A stretch of DNA of 64,000 nt from Azolla caroliniana (lineage: Eukaryota; Plantae; Polypodiophyta), in assembly GCA_043228905.1 (NCBI GenBank), contig JBHGNT010000008.1, forward strand, positions 9,238,001-9,302,000, in the 5' to 3' direction. Shown piece after piece: positions 1 through 13,600 of this stretch (its first letter is position 1; the number at the start of each line of letters is the position of its first letter). The position numbers and the translations under genes are program-made. Below the pieces are notes generated by a model. It saw only the letters and a list, made by a program, of their open reading frames with translations, was not told where the DNA came from and did no database searches.

Positions 1-308
1 ACTTGAACAGATACAGCCTTGCATATCACATAGGTGGGTAGTGATCTCATTTCTCAGCACAGACATAATATAGAAACATAGTACAATCGAATTCAATGCA
101 ATTAATACACCGCAATGATCATTCTAAGTTGTTTATTCAACTTAAAATCCCAAAAAATACTGTCTTGGTTGCAAATATTACAAATGCTACAAATGTAAAG
201 CTTTCAACAAAATAAAAAGTGAAAGAAATACCTCAATCCAAAGCATTAATGTGCAGATGATATCAAATTAATGCATAGATAATATCGCATTAATATGCAA
301 AGATGATA

Positions 309-2831
309 TCAGCCAAATAGCCGCACCCACCATGGCTTATATTTCTGTACCTCTTCCATCCTTCTAGGTTTCGCATCCCGATCAAACCTCGGCTGCTTTG
401 GAAGCCCATTTCCAAGGAAAAAGTTTCCTAAACAGGAAACAATGATCAAACCCACAACACTAAACAAAGGACCTGCTATCATCTCGATCAACGAGGGCTT
501 TCTTTTTGCATTTGCATTGTTCCCATGTATACTCAACTCATTTCTACATTCAATCTCCTCTTTATTTCCATTATTGACTGATGCATTCAACTCACTTACA
601 CATTCAATCTCGCCTTGATTTGAAACGTTCCTTAATGCATCCAACTCGTCTCGAGATTCAATACCATTATTGAATGCATTTGAGTGAGTTCCAGGTTCAA
701 CCACCTCCTTGAAATTCGCATAGTTCACAGACTCATTCGACTCATTTACACATTCAATCTCCTCAACCTTCACATTTGCAGTGTTCCCAAGTGCATTCAA
801 CACACTTCCACATTCAATCTCCTCCACCTTCACCTTTGCAGTGTTCTCAAGTGCATTCAACTCACTTCCAGACTCAATCTCCTCCTCATTCTCATTTACA
901 ACATTGCTTAGTGAATTCAGGTCATTTCCGATTTCAATCTCCTCTTCAAATGATTCTGAATGGATCTCCATTGCTTCAGCCTGAGACGGCTCATCATTTG
1001 AGTTCCTTTCCGGCCCCGGCCTATCACCAGAAGGCTCTTCAGATGTATTGAGGCTACGATTCTCCTGCATTGCTTGTTGCGGATTACTTCTCTTCTTTTT
1101 CTCCTCTTCATAATCCGGATCATCTGTAGGCAGTTCATATCTACACACGGGACAGGAGTTCCGAGCACTGAGCCAAGGAAGAATACATGTGCTATGGTAA
1201 AGGTGTAAACAAGGTAGTTGTTTTGCTAGCTCATCAAATGCCACTACATCTTTACAAATAGCACATATAGCCGACCCATCATCAAGATTTTGTTGCTTTA
1301 TATGAACCAAAGGAAGAGCTTCAATCGCTGATTTTGAAGCTGGAGGAGCACCCCTTCGAGAATTATCTGTTTCCATAAGCTGTTGTAAAACCTCTTCAAA
1401 GCCCCGAGCATCAACATAATCTCCCGGATTACCAACGTAAGCATCTGATTCGAACCAATCTAGATCAATTTCTGTGTTATAATTCCTTCTAATGGCTTGT
1501 AACCTTCTAAACAAGCCTCGACGAAGTACATTGCCAAAACGCAAGGAATTATTTCTATGAACTCGTGAACCCCCTTCTCCTCCTTCTACCATTCTAGTTT
1601 CTTCTTCTTCTATATGACCCCTATCTCGGGCTACTTCACCTTGCATACCATCCACGGCCTCAAGGAATCGGACAACAAGATCAGATTCACTGAATTCCAC
1701 TTCTTCCCATTCATCTTCATCTTCATCTTCATCATCTTCATCCTCCTCCTCCTCCTCTTCAAATGAATCCCAATCATTAAGCTCAAGATGTCCATCTTCC
1801 TCATCAGATTCTGTTTCTTCTACATCTGCAACTTCTCCCCCATGCTGGTGTTCATGTTCTTCACCATATCTCTCCATTCCATTCTGTGACCCAGAGCTCT
1901 CGTCCTGTGGCTCAGGATTTGATAGCCTTGCGGACTCACCAACTATTTCACGTAATTCAATTTCCCCGGGATTAGAGATTCCATCACATGATTGGGATAC
2001 TCTATCATATGATTCAGATATTACTTCACGAGCTTCAGATATTCCATCACGTGATTCAGATGCCAAAGATCTTGTTGATTCAGCATTTATTTCACCTAAT
2101 CCACAAATATTACAATCAGAGATTCCATCATCTGATTCAGATATTTCATGGTTTGTTTCCGAGAGTCCAACTCGTGCTTCTATGGAATTCAAAGGCCTTG
2201 AAGTTTCATCAAGAATTTCATGTGTTGGAATCTCTCCACAATCACATAATCCATCTCGTGTTTCAGAATCTAAGGTCCTTGCATGTGATGGAATCTCTCT
2301 ACCAGTTTCAGATATTACACCAAGTGTTTGATCAGAATCTAGTGACACTGCTGCCATGTCATTTGACAGAATCTCCCCACCAGTATCCGATATGCTATCA
2401 CGTACTTGATCAGAATCTAATGCCAGATTCGAATCCCGGGAAGAACGAACTAAAAAGCGAATTACTCTGAGTACCTCTTGAGAAGATACATCGTTGCCGT
2501 TGCTGCTGCTGTTGCCATTGCTGTTACCACTGCCACCCCCGTAAGTCTCTCTTGGTTGCCTTCTTACCTCTCGTCTTCTCATCACTCTTCTCACATGTCT
2601 GAGAGACCTCGCTGTCTCCATGGCTTCGATGAATCCGTCACCACATTCTGGACAGATCAATCCTCTTAGTCGGCTATCGCCTTCTCCTCCTCCAGCTCCC
2701 CTTCCTTGCGCTTGTTCTTGCGCCTCCCGTCCAGGAGTGGAAGCTTCAGCCGCGATAATCTCTGCGTCGCACTGATGGCACCAGAAGAGAAGCTCCGAGT
2801 TCAAGGTCTCCATCTCCACAGCGACCGCCAT
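309..2831 (-). CDS. Zinc-ribbon + RING-H2 E3 ubiquitin ligase (BTL/CIP8/Praja-like family), intronless, with C-terminal hydrophobic segment
   Basis: 840-aa ATG-initiated ORF. N-terminal FWCHQC...CPECGDGFIE zinc ribbon; acidic tract; GNPGDYVDARGFEEVLQQL and GAPPASKSAIEALP motifs; RING-H2 CAICKD...LPCLHLYHSTCILPWL...SCPVCRYELPTDD; putative TM segment IAGPLFSVVGLIIVSCLGNFFL. Confidence 0.92.
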   Translation of the reverse strand: MAVAVEMETLNSELLFWCHQCDAEIIAAEASTPGREAQEQAQGRGAGGGEGDSRLRGLICPECGDGFIEAMETARSLRHVRRVMRRREVRRQPRETYGGGSGNSNGNSSSNGNDVSSQEVLRVIRFLVRSSRDSNLALDSDQVRDSISDTGGEILSNDMAAVSLDSDQTLGVISETGREIPSHARTLDSETRDGLCDCGEIPTHEILDETSRPLNSIEARVGLSETNHEISESDDGISDCNICGLGEINAESTRSLASESRDGISEAREVISESYDRVSQSCDGISNPGEIELREIVGESARLSNPEPQDESSGSQNGMERYGEEHEHQHGGEVADVEETESDEEDGHLELNDWDSFEEEEEEDEDDEDEDEDEWEEVEFSESDLVVRFLEAVDGMQGEVARDRGHIEEEETRMVEGGEGGSRVHRNNSLRFGNVLRRGLFRRLQAIRRNYNTEIDLDWFESDAYVGNPGDYVDARGFEEVLQQLMETDNSRRGAPPASKSAIEALPLVHIKQQNLDDGSAICAICKDVVAFDELAKQLPCLHLYHSTCILPWLSARNSCPVCRYELPTDDPDYEEEKKKRSNPQQAMQENRSLNTSEEPSGDRPGPERNSNDEPSQAEAMEIHSESFEEEIEIGNDLNSLSNVVNENEEEIESGSELNALENTAKVKVEEIECGSVLNALGNTANVKVEEIECVNESNESVNYANFKEVVEPGTHSNAFNNGIESRDELDALRNVSNQGEIECVSELNASVNNGNKEEIECRNELSIHGNNANAKRKPSLIEMIAGPLFSVVGLIIVSCLGNFFLGNGLPKQPRFDRDAKPRRMEEVQKYKPWWVRLFG
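530..950 (-). repeat. Imperfect 60-bp (20-aa) tandem repeat inside the RING gene C-terminal region
   Basis: cattcaatctcctc recurs at 751, 811 and 871 (period 60), with degenerate copies near 548, 601 and 655; peptide EEIECGSELNALENTAKVKV-like. Confidence 0.8.
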
Positions 2832-2925
2832 GACTGCCGCGGGACGGACAGGGAGAAGGCCCGAGACCTGATAAGGCAGGAGGGACAGACAGACAGACAG
2901 ACAGGTCGTGGAGGAAAACCCTTTA

Positions 2926-2965
2926 CCCTAACCCTAACCCTAACCCTAATCCTAACCTCAACCTC
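2926..2965. repeat. (CCCTAA)n telomere-like tract upstream of the RING start codon
   Basis: ccctaaccctaaccctaaccctaatcctaacctcaacc read directly. Confidence 0.75.
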
Positions 2966-3159
2966 AGGAACAGGACACAAATAAAGAAATAATAGAGTGA
3001 GTCTATTATTAATATGACCTTTAGAGAGAGAGAGAGAGATGTTGGCTTCTCTTCTCAATATGTACACACACAACTAAAAAAGATAGGATGCATATCCTGA
3101 ACACCACCACCACACCATAACCAGACCATGTACACATACATACATATGTACTCACATAA

Positions 3160-3206
<47 letters not shown>

Positions 3207-3227
3207 CATTATCATCATCATCATCAT
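3160..3227. repeat. Compound microsatellite (TAG)n-(CAT)n
   Basis: About 15-16 TAG units followed by about 5 CAT units. Confidence 0.95.
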
Positions 3228-3363
3228 CCCCTACGACTTTTCCGAAACCTTCCTTCTTAACTCGCCTTTCTCTCCACACGATTGGAGGCAAACCCGTTGC
3301 ATATCGATCAGACATATATCTCCAGCTCTCGGCAGTTTCATCTGCCCCTTCAATTTAGGAGGC

Positions 3364-3377
3364 AAACCCTAAACCCT
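3364..3377. promoter_or_regulatory. Tandem telo-box-like motif (AAACCCT x2) upstream of the RING gene
   Basis: aaaccctaaaccct about 530 bp upstream of the ATG. The telo-box AAACCCTA is a known plant promoter element; function here is inferred. Confidence 0.35.
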
Positions 3378-5910
3378 CGATTTAGGGGGGGGGGAGTGGA
3401 CTCCATGACCACTTTGCAAGAGATCCACTTCATAATTTTGCTAAGTTGCTTAACCATAGCCCCAATTGGGATGGAGGATTTCGTGAAGCCCACGTCCCAA
3501 AGTGCCTTCTCGGGGTCGGCCTCACGCAAATGTGATCATGATATGGGCATTGTCTCTAAGAAAGAGTTGTTTAAAGCAATATTCTTGTCACTTCATTTTA
3601 AAGGAAAAGAGGCTTTAAGCAAATCCCTTAGGTAATCTTTGTTTGATTGTCTGTAACTTGGAGACATCACACTGCAAATTTACGCTCTTTACTTTGAGTG
3701 CTTCTAAGCTCTTTAGTGTCTAATCGACGCCTTGTATACTTCTCTTTCTTCTTTCTGGATTTTAATTTTTCACCTCACTTTGATGTTTCCCACTAGTAAT
3801 AAAAGTGTTACCAAAAAAAAGTAAAAGAGGAAGAAGAATAGAGAGGTTATGTACAAGATAAGCCCACCTAGTAAATGTGGGAATGGTTATCATTCTATTT
3901 TGTTTATGATATACATGTATAGTCAAGATATCAACGTATTTGTGAATTGTTAAAATTTTCAATCCATGCAAATGATCACCGAATGTCAAGAACCTTTATT
4001 ACCATTTACATAGTCATCATGAGTGGATATGTTTTGTCCCCAACAAGGAAGTGATGGCTCTCAAAGGCATCTCATATTGTGATTATGATATTCTAACACT
4101 CTTTGAAACAAATTCCATATGTGTTCATGGACCTCTCGTATGTGAGATGAGCAAGGCTTCACTCAATCAACCATTACCCTTCACAATATAGACATCTTAG
4201 GAAATCATGTTGACGTCATATCAATACTCAATTAGTACCATGATGTTTCGTTACTTACGTGGGTTTTTTTTTTCCAAAAAGAATCTACTTTCCCATTAGT
4301 TAGGAGAGATTATTACAGAACAACTATACTGGTGGCTTTTACATAAATAGGGGAATCACTTGTTGGCTGAGTTCAAGAAGAAGAGACTATGTACACATCC
4401 TTTCAAACTAGCTACTTAATGTAAGTAGATACCTAAAGCTATAAATGGTGTCCTTCAGCACCAGCCAATATGATCCGAATCTTGTGGCCTACAACGAAGG
4501 GAGGGTGGGAGGAGAGTAGGAAATAGCCAGTGTGGGGGCTGTTAGTTCCACCTCGAGTTGTTTCCCCCTTGCATCACCATCGGTGTGTTCCACCATTTAT
4601 GCCAAATGATCCAACATTGTACATTTGGAAAGAATAAAGATCCTTTACGTGGATTACATTGTAATTCAAACAAATGGTGTTATCATGTTAAAATAGTGGA
4701 TTTACATCATTGTTATGGTGAGTATGGGAGAGTTGCTCTATTGTCTTATTGTATAAATTCTTTAAGAGGATGATATCTTCCTCTGATAAAAGAAGTATAT
4801 TACTTCTTTTCTATACAAATTAATGTGGAATGTAGTCAAGCTATATTCACTCTTATCAATGTTGGACTCAAATTTACTAAATGTGGAGTAGAAGTAAAAT
4901 ACCTACGAATCAACAAGAGTTTTGTTTGAGCCAAACCGAACTACGAAACCATAGTTTAACTACTTAACCAATCCAATTCATGTTTACAAAATTTGGAAAT
5001 GGTTTGGTTTTCAACTCAGGGGTTCAAGGGTCTAGATTTATGTTGTCGATTTATGCGAGTTGTTTTCATTGAGTTATGAGGTTTTGTTCATTTTCATTAG
5101 CAATTTATAAGGATGATAAGATGTCAACAACAACAACATGGTTTTGTTTCTTTCAACACAACAACCCGTTCATGGTTAAGCAAGAAACAAAGTACAATCT
5201 CTATCTCATCATTTCACGAGGAACACAGGGATATTGGTAGTTTCTCTTAGAACATTAGGATCAATAAGTGAAGACCATGTGCACTTCATAGCAATCACTC
5301 CTTTTGTTCAATACTTTACTGTACTCCACAAAAGCTATCTACTTATACTTGGTTGTAGGTGGCACTCTTACTTTGTAAGAGCTGCCCATTTGTTTTGTAA
5401 ATTGTGTTTTTTATGGTACCATAGGTCTAATTGTTTTTTGGTCTTTATACAATATTATCTTAATTGAGTTGAGTAAAACCTTCAATCGGACCAACAATGA
5501 CATGTTTATTATAGTTTTTAGTCCGCAATATTTACAGCCAATAATTTATTTGTTACAAACATTTCCTCTTGATAGCACCGCTAGTTTTTAGTTTGCATTT
5601 AGAATAATAAGTTCAGAAAGTGTTAGAATGAATACTCGTTAACAAGGTTTTGATCAAACAAAGTATGGCAGGCTTAAATTATTATGGCAAAACGGTTAAT
5701 GTAAATTACAATGTAACTATGTAGTGATTCTAACCTTGCAATATCAAATCCCTTGCTTATTCACAAGCATGCATGTATAAGAGAGTGAAATTATAATAAA
5801 GTGTAGATACAACCCAAGACAAAGTTGGAGGAAAATGAAAATATCTCGAAGTGTTGAAGATAGATAACAAGTAAAGGAATCATGATAGAATCTAGTTAAT
5901 GGATGGTCTG

Positions 5911-7975
5911 CTACTCCTTAACTACTGCAACATTTGAGGTAGAGGCTTCAATAGACTCTCGTTTCCTCCAAAAGTAACCTCCTCGATAAGCACCGGCTCC
6001 AACACCAACACCGATCATGTACAATAGTTGTGTTATTGAGAGAATAATTACAAGTGCTTCCAACGCTGTCTAAAGAAAACATACAATAAGGAGAACTTTC
6101 AGAAATGCTTGGATAAATTCTAACAACATTCAACATCATTTTAACCATCCTCCTCATTCATGAATCATAGAGGAAATGAATCTGATTACACTAGTATGGC
6201 GGTAAGATTGATAGTGATAGACTTAATGTCTTGAAAATCAAATATAAAATGACAAGTGATCTTATGTGTTATGTCCTTACAAGTGAAGAAAGAATTGAAA
6301 TTGAATTAATAAAGAGCATTTTATGTCACTACCCAAGTTCACACTAATAATAGATTACATTGATTTGAACGGTTTTCCACATTCTTCCATTAGATACTAT
6401 CTAAAGTTTATATTCATTCAAACTAGGGTGTGTATAATATATACTCACTAATTGCCAATAGAGAGGGATAATTCCATTGATGCTAATTTCTTTGGCCACC
6501 AAACTGCAAGAAATTAATAGTTTTAGCTTAATGAAAAATATCAAAATTCAATTAATGCATGTGTGCATGTATGTATGTATTAAAAATTTGTTTTCACATT
6601 AGGTTTGAAGTCAAACGTTACAAATTACAAGATAGTAAAAAATAAAAGCTTTTTGGAGTAGCTTTTTTTTTTACCAAAAAAACACTTCGTCGCATTAGTT
6701 AGCAAATTTGGGGGTAGCTATTTTATATACATCGTAGAAATCTGTCTTCCCCCCTTTTGTCTCTCCTCAAACAAGGACTACATTTTTTCGTGCCACATTG
6801 AAGGTTGGTATATCCTGTCTCTAATGTGTTACTATCCATTGAGGGTACCCCTTCATTTAACACAAATTGGTGGAACCAAGAGTAGAAAACAATTTACAGA
6901 CATGTGCTTATTCCTCCAATCTAGGAGAGATCATGGTAGAAAACAATCTAGAAACATGTGGTTATTTCTCCACTGTAGTGCAAAGTATGTGAAGCTTTTA
7001 GTTGTACAAACACATTTTCAAAGTCTTAAGTTTACAAAAATTAGGTTAGTACAACCAATCTAACGTAAGTCACTAACAAGGAACCAATGAAGCTCAGGTA
7101 GGTATGTGAAGCTTTTAGTTGTACAAGCACATTTTCAAAGTCTTAAGTTTACAAAAATTAGGTTAGTTACAACCAATCTAACGTAATTCACTAACAAGGA
7201 ACCAATGAAGCTCACCTACCTGCCAAGACCTAAACAATGATAACATGATATTAACTAGCTTGAGATTTCACTTTACGTAAACCTATGTTTAAGATAAACC
7301 ATTTATATAACACAATGATAATCCCTTTTCCTATATAAGTGCATATACTATAGTCACCCTCCCTTTAAATGGAACCCTTATGTATGTAAATAATGTGCAA
7401 AAAGAAAAGGTCTTAGTACCCTGTGGCAAGGAGTGTCAAGACCCAAGCAATGGTGGCAGAGGCGGCGACGCCAGCCAAGCTATGCGTCTCCCAAGAGCAC
7501 ACGTGATGTGCACCACTCAATATGGATGCCAAACCCACGACACTCGCGATTGCAGAGAACATGACTACATAGAAGGTCGCGGGGTTGTAGGAGACCGCTA
7601 TGGAAATTGAACAATTCAACAAACAATTAGGATTAACAATTAAAAAAATGCATGATTGTAAGGATAATGTATTGTGAATTAAAACTTAGTAGGATTATTG
7701 GATGGTGAATGAGATACAAGTGATGTGAACTAAGTTAATGAGTATAAATATCATTTAGTGAGAATTCAAACTCACTATGATTAATGGATGGTAAATGAGA
7801 TACAAGCATGAGCTAATAATGTATAGAGCAATGGTTGTGATATTATACCTTGCCATCCATAGTCGATGGCGATGTTGAGAGCCCATCCAGAGATAGCAGC
7901 AACCGATAAATATAACCCAAAATTAATGACTATGAGGGGAGCCACTAAGACACGACGGATTGCGTTGACGGCCAT
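5911..7975 (-). CDS. AWPM-19: AWPM-19-like (PM19L) plasma-membrane protein, 4 exons, 172 aa
   Basis: Exons 7975-7849, 7597-7420, 6503-6449 and 6069-5911; all introns GT-AG and phases consistent (519 nt). Protein MAVNAIRRVLVAPLIVINFGLYLSVAAISGWALN...NPATFYVVMFSAIASVVG...LLATGLVAKEISI...TALEALVIILSITQLLYM...KE* matches the AWPM-19 family pattern. Confidence 0.88.
6985..7222. repeat. ~112-bp direct tandem duplication in AWPM-19 intron 2
   Basis: 6985-7096 and 7102-7214 are near identical (gtatgtgaagctttt...gaaccaatgaagctca). Confidence 0.9.
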
Positions 7976-10611
7976 CCTCCTGTGTTAGATCTTATTCCAC
8001 GAAGATGGGTTAATAATATATTCTAGTTTGATTGAAAGTCAATAATTAATCAATGTAATGCATTTATCAAAACCTAATTAGGTTGTTTGTTTAATGTTAG
8101 CTTCGTATCCCTCCTTAACATGTGCTAATTTCCTTGGGGTGGTGCTCGGTTTATTTATTATGGTACCTTAAATTACCTTACCTTAGATTTAATGATTCTA
8201 ATCATATAAAAACAATACTACTTTATAAATCAATGTACCATCTACAACAACAACAACAACAACAACGAAAAAGATGTAGAAAGAAGAATAATGAATTGGT
8301 CAACCTCTTTCTTTTATCACCAAAAGCCACCCACAACTATCTCCTCCTTATTACAAAAATAATCTTAACTAATAAGTTCCCCAATATTACCTACAACGTC
8401 TCTCTCTCTCTCTAGGAGGAGGGCCTTTTACCATATAGTATTCAAATGTATATTATATGACTCTACATAAAGCTCATTTCAAATAACCCGTATATTATGT
8501 ATGTGTATGTGCATATGTCTTTGTGTATTCATATATGAGTTTGTGCATGTGTAGTTGTATGTATTCACATGCAAATATATGTGCCTAAGTACATGGAGGT
8601 GTATGTGTATGTGTCAATCAATGTGTAATATGTCTCATGTACGTGCATGTACATGTGGATAGAAATATACACATGTACTCATCAAAAGGCTATCCTAGAC
8701 CAAACTTAAGGCATTGTTTTCTCATTGCATGGTTGAAAGAACTTGCGATTTAATTTTGGTATTCCATTAGCCATATTTTCTCTTGCAAGAATGTCATCAA
8801 TTAATATCTATATTTTGTGGCCACATGCATAACGATTTATACAAGCACATGGTAAATGGATATACATATAACAAGATGCTAACATAGACCAAGCATGATA
8901 CATGGCAATATTTGATGTTGTGAATGGTTTGAAGTTATCACTTTAGTTTGTACAAGGGTGGCTCATATTTGATTATAGTATTGTACTTTTACTAATATTA
9001 TGGGTTCAAAATGTTTTGTATAAATGATGTACCCCTGTGGTAAACCATGTACTTACTAACCGATTTACCCACATTCAAATCTCACTATTTGCAGTAGGTG
9101 CCACTACAAATTTTAGGTGTTGAGTATGTGAACTTTATGGTCTTTGACAAATAGCATTACCAATGTAGTATTACCTTTCATATGTTTTTGAATGAACACC
9201 GTACAAAAGGAGTGACCTTTATGATCTCCAACATACAACCTTAGCCATTGAGCTTGATCTATTTGTGCATCAATGTGACTAACCATTTGCAAATACACAA
9301 GTAGTCTAGACGTTTTCACCTAGAATAGGTTCACTTTGGAGTAATAATAAACGTTTCAAGTATATCAGTTATTAGGTTTTCCCTTTGATAATCCCTTTAT
9401 GTTTGTTAGTGTTTGACATGTAAATATTCTTTACGGGTCCGACACCTCATTTTGAGGTTTCCCACTAGTACTGTATTGCATCGCTGAAAAAAAGTGTGTC
9501 CTAGCATTTAAAACATAATTGATTATATGATAGCTTTGCTAGTATCTCAAACAAAAATGATTGTATGTAGCAAGCCCAAGCCAATTTGCACATTTTCCTT
9601 TTGAACTACCTAACATTGAATTACCTACTTTTTCAATTTGTATAATCTCTTGAAGTTTCTTTTGACTCTCACAAGAGTGCTTTTAGGTTGTTGATGGTGA
9701 CACACCATGCATAATGATAAATCTTAAAATGGAGTTGAAACTTAGTAGTGTAAACATTCTAATACCTACAAGTGCAGGTGCATATAACACAACTATTCCA
9801 TTGGACAAAATACCATTGCTTTTAGAGCATTCACATAATATTTTATAGTTTAACTTTGCATCAAATATGTGACCATCCTAGATGCCATTTTTTTCCACAT
9901 TAAACATAATCTAAAGTAAATATTTTATTTTGTAGTAGCATTTGTAAGGTCATTAGATTATAATGTACCATATGTTTGCCCAATCCAGAATCTCAAGTGT
10001 AATGGTAATTAGGAGTACTATTGAATATGGATAGTTGAGTATGTACTTGTATCATGCATAGTATGAACCATACGTACCATACGTGCATTCACACTCGTGA
10101 ATTATTTAGTCATTCTAGTATGGTAAACACCCTAGAAGAATGGTAAATACCATACTTTTGGATTAACTATTTATTATTAGGTAAATAAACATAAAAAAGG
10201 GGGGGGGGGGGGGACCTTAAAAAAAGGGGAAAAAACAAAAAAAAACACACAAGAATGTTTGAATAACATTCGCATTCGTTTTCCAATGTAGAAAAACGAA
10301 TGTTATGTTAGACGAACACAAATTTTACGTACTATGGTTGTTTGCATTGAATATCTCAAGGTTCCTAAGGATTAAAATATTCTCAAAGATGAAACGAACC
10401 ATGTTTGTAAAGGATATGGTCTCTTTAAGTATTTCAATCACGTAGGTCTCTTCCTCATTGTAGCAATGAGAACCCTCGTACCATGATATACATGCATGGG
10501 TAATGTGAAGAATCATTAATGGAATCAATATGCAAGTGTGGTCATATGGGATTCATACAAACTTGTAAAGATCATGCATTCATTTACCACATAAAAATGG
10601 CAATACATTAG

Positions 10612-13600
10612 TGTTACGGGCATGACCATTTAATATCCCATGGTGAGAATTTACCGTAGTATTCTATACACGGGGATAAGTGTGAGGGTTAAACAAGAGT
10701 GTAAAGAAGGGGAGGATTACTTTTAATCCTCAGGATTGAGACAACCCATTAGGTCAAGTGTGAACTTGCCTGGGGGCCTTGGGTATCGCTATAAATAAGA
10801 GGCCTAACTACCCTCATTTGATCATCTTTTGACTACATCGAGACTCTGCTCTTATGGTGGGTCAACTCTTGTAGCGAGCACGCCAGCACCAGGTACGACT
10901 CAACGCCATGGCGATGGTATGGGACGCTGATCGAGGCTCGAGTCCGTCTCGATCCCTTCGCTCGGGGGTGGTCGGGTGGATCGACACCCTTCTTTCTCTT
11001 TCTCCTTTCTATCTATCATTAGTTTATCCTTATCTTAAGCTTACTTTAGTACCAAGATCTCTAATATTTGGTATTAGAGCTATGTACTAATGTTTCTTTG
11101 TTTGTCTTTTGTCTTTTGATTGATGGTGATCGATCGATGTGCAGTTGGCCTTGATCCAGACAACGATCAACAAAGAACTTCGGTAACTCTTTTCGTAATT
11201 TTTTTTTTCTATTCTCTCTTCTCCCATCTAATCATGTGTTTAGTTTATATGTCATTTTTTTCATTAAGTCAATGATGTTGTAGTGGTCTTTAATTGATTA
11301 TCTAAAACGTTTACATATGTGCACGAGGTCAATACCTCGTTTGACATATAAATAATATGTGATGAGTGTCGTATGCGTACGAGGTTAATACCTCAATTAT
11401 GTATTACGTTCACGAACATATGTTACGTTTGCGTATGAGTTTAATACCTTGATTTGTTGTAAAGGATATGCGTTTAATATAACGATATGTTTAATATAGG
11501 CATATGTGGTCACGTATATACGTATTTGATCGTATATATGTGATAAGTAAACATATGTGTATATTCGTTATTACGTGATTATATCGAAAGTTGTCCTTGT
11601 CGGGAAAAGGATGTTGGTGGCCGTCCTCACATTTTTGTAAGAATGGCGTTGTCACCATCCCTTTTTCAACAATTTTTGATTGTTGACAACCCCGTTGATG
11701 ACCTCGATTTCGTTACGTAAAGAAACGCCTATAGCCATAATGATGTTGAGTACGTAGGGCTTGACCCACTTCAAGTGAGGTCGCTCCAATGACACACGTA
11801 TCCAACATCCCTCCCTTGTTACATGGATACGATGCCACCATGAGCTCGTTCTTACGAGAGGCATTCGTAATGATGTGACCATGTGATGGGCCACGTGGGC
11901 CTACTACGAAACGAGGGCTCATTTGGCTTGACCATTAGGTTGCACTTTGGCGTATGCCATCGTAATTACGAGACTTGAGGTTAGGTAATGTACCAACATA
12001 GTTTTGGTAAATGAGGGCGAAATAAGGACCCTTGACATATATGTTCTTTCAAAAAAAACATATATGATCAAATGCCTCGCATATCTCTTATACGACTCAA
12101 GCAGTTGGATGGTTGGATGGGATGTTCTAAGACCTTTTTCATAGCGTCATACTACCCATACACGATTCCAAATCGGAATCTTTCCCGTCGCTACCGTCTT
12201 CGGTGGGTTAGGGGAGGTGGAGATCGGGCTCGGAAAAGATCCAGAACAGGGTCTCCTCTAATCAATCCCGAACAAGTTCTCGAAGCTGTAATCTTACGTA
12301 ATGTCGTGTGATCAATTCAAGAATCGCTTCTGTTCTGCGCCGATAATCTCAGGATCGCCGCACATTGTTTCTAGTTTGGAGAGAGACACGATCGCCTCTC
12401 CTTTCTCCAAAATCGATAGATACTGCCTCCGTAACCTCAGAGGCGAATTTTGCCATATACCCAACCCTAACCATGGGAAGGTTTCAGAACTGAGCAAACA
12501 TTAAGCATTCGAGAAGAGCAACTTACTTGGTTGGCTCAAGTGTTTAATGTATTTGTTCTCGAGGTCTCGAGTTCAAATATGACCAAGACCATACAATATC
12601 CTTGATACATATGACTATAACACATATTTAGACTTAAGGTCTAACTGCACCTCAGGGTCCTCGTAATAAGACTTAAAGAGCCGAAACCACATATGTGGGC
12701 AAAGAAACATAGTTTATTGTTAACATTTTTTTCGTGTATAAACTACTCATGACGCGAACATACATAGTTGAGCCTCGGGGAGCCGCCATGAAAAAATCGA
12801 TATAGAGATCAGGAAAGACATTAAATTGTCACCCCCATGGTTTTTAAAACACCTTTGTGTTACCATAGTAACTTGATCTTGAACCTTATCTCATACGTCT
12901 AGAGGGGTATTGACGTGAGATCATGATATCGATTAATGTTTGCCCATGATATGTTTACATCACAACATGATGTTCTGACTATCTCTCTGACCTTATCCTA
13001 TTTCTTTTCCAGAAATAATCTTTAATGGCTCAAATTAACGACCCGATGTCATTCGCTCAAGCGAAAGGAACTCAAGGGAATCCTCCTGGACAAATGTCCA
13101 CTGAGATGTATTTGGCACAAATAAGCCAATACCTTAGTTTCACCGCTCAACAAATGACCAAACTTCGACAATCTCAGAGTGCTCTTGAGGCACGTGTCAT
13201 TAGTCTACAACGTGAGACTAATAGACCTGATGAGCGACAAGGTGAACCATCATTTGTCGTTAAGCCATTTACGGGAGACAAAAAGGAAAGAACCGAAGAA
13301 GCAATCTGCACATGGTTGGGACGATGGGAGTCTCATTTTGAGCTCTATCCCACGCGAGATAGTACGAAGATTGCATATGTCGGCCGAGAACTCGGGGGTA
13401 AGGCCACCGCCTGGTGGTGTGGGCTCCGTACTATGGGGAAATTGCCTAATACCTGGACAGATTTTGTCACGGTTTTTAAGGGCCAATTTTTGCAACCTCC
13501 CTCTCGAACCGAGGCAACACAAGCTTTAATGAACCTCTCTAGTAGGAAATTTTCCTCGCTAGAAGACTATGTTCACCATGCTAGAACCCAAATCCAAAAA

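Noticed and set aside
2926-2965. True or interstitial telomere
   Set aside because: Only about four good units, in a gene-proximal position.
2706-3635. Short ORFs upstream of the RING gene (poly-Y, poly-L, poly-S, VRVR)
   Set aside because: Microsatellite translations with no domain signal.
4925-5015. Degenerate MITE similar to 34874-35366 (aaaccgaac/ggtttgg motifs)
   Set aside because: No TIR pair or TSD could be defined.
5948-6157. 69-aa ORF as an independent gene
   Set aside because: It overlaps AWPM-19 exon 4 in a different frame.
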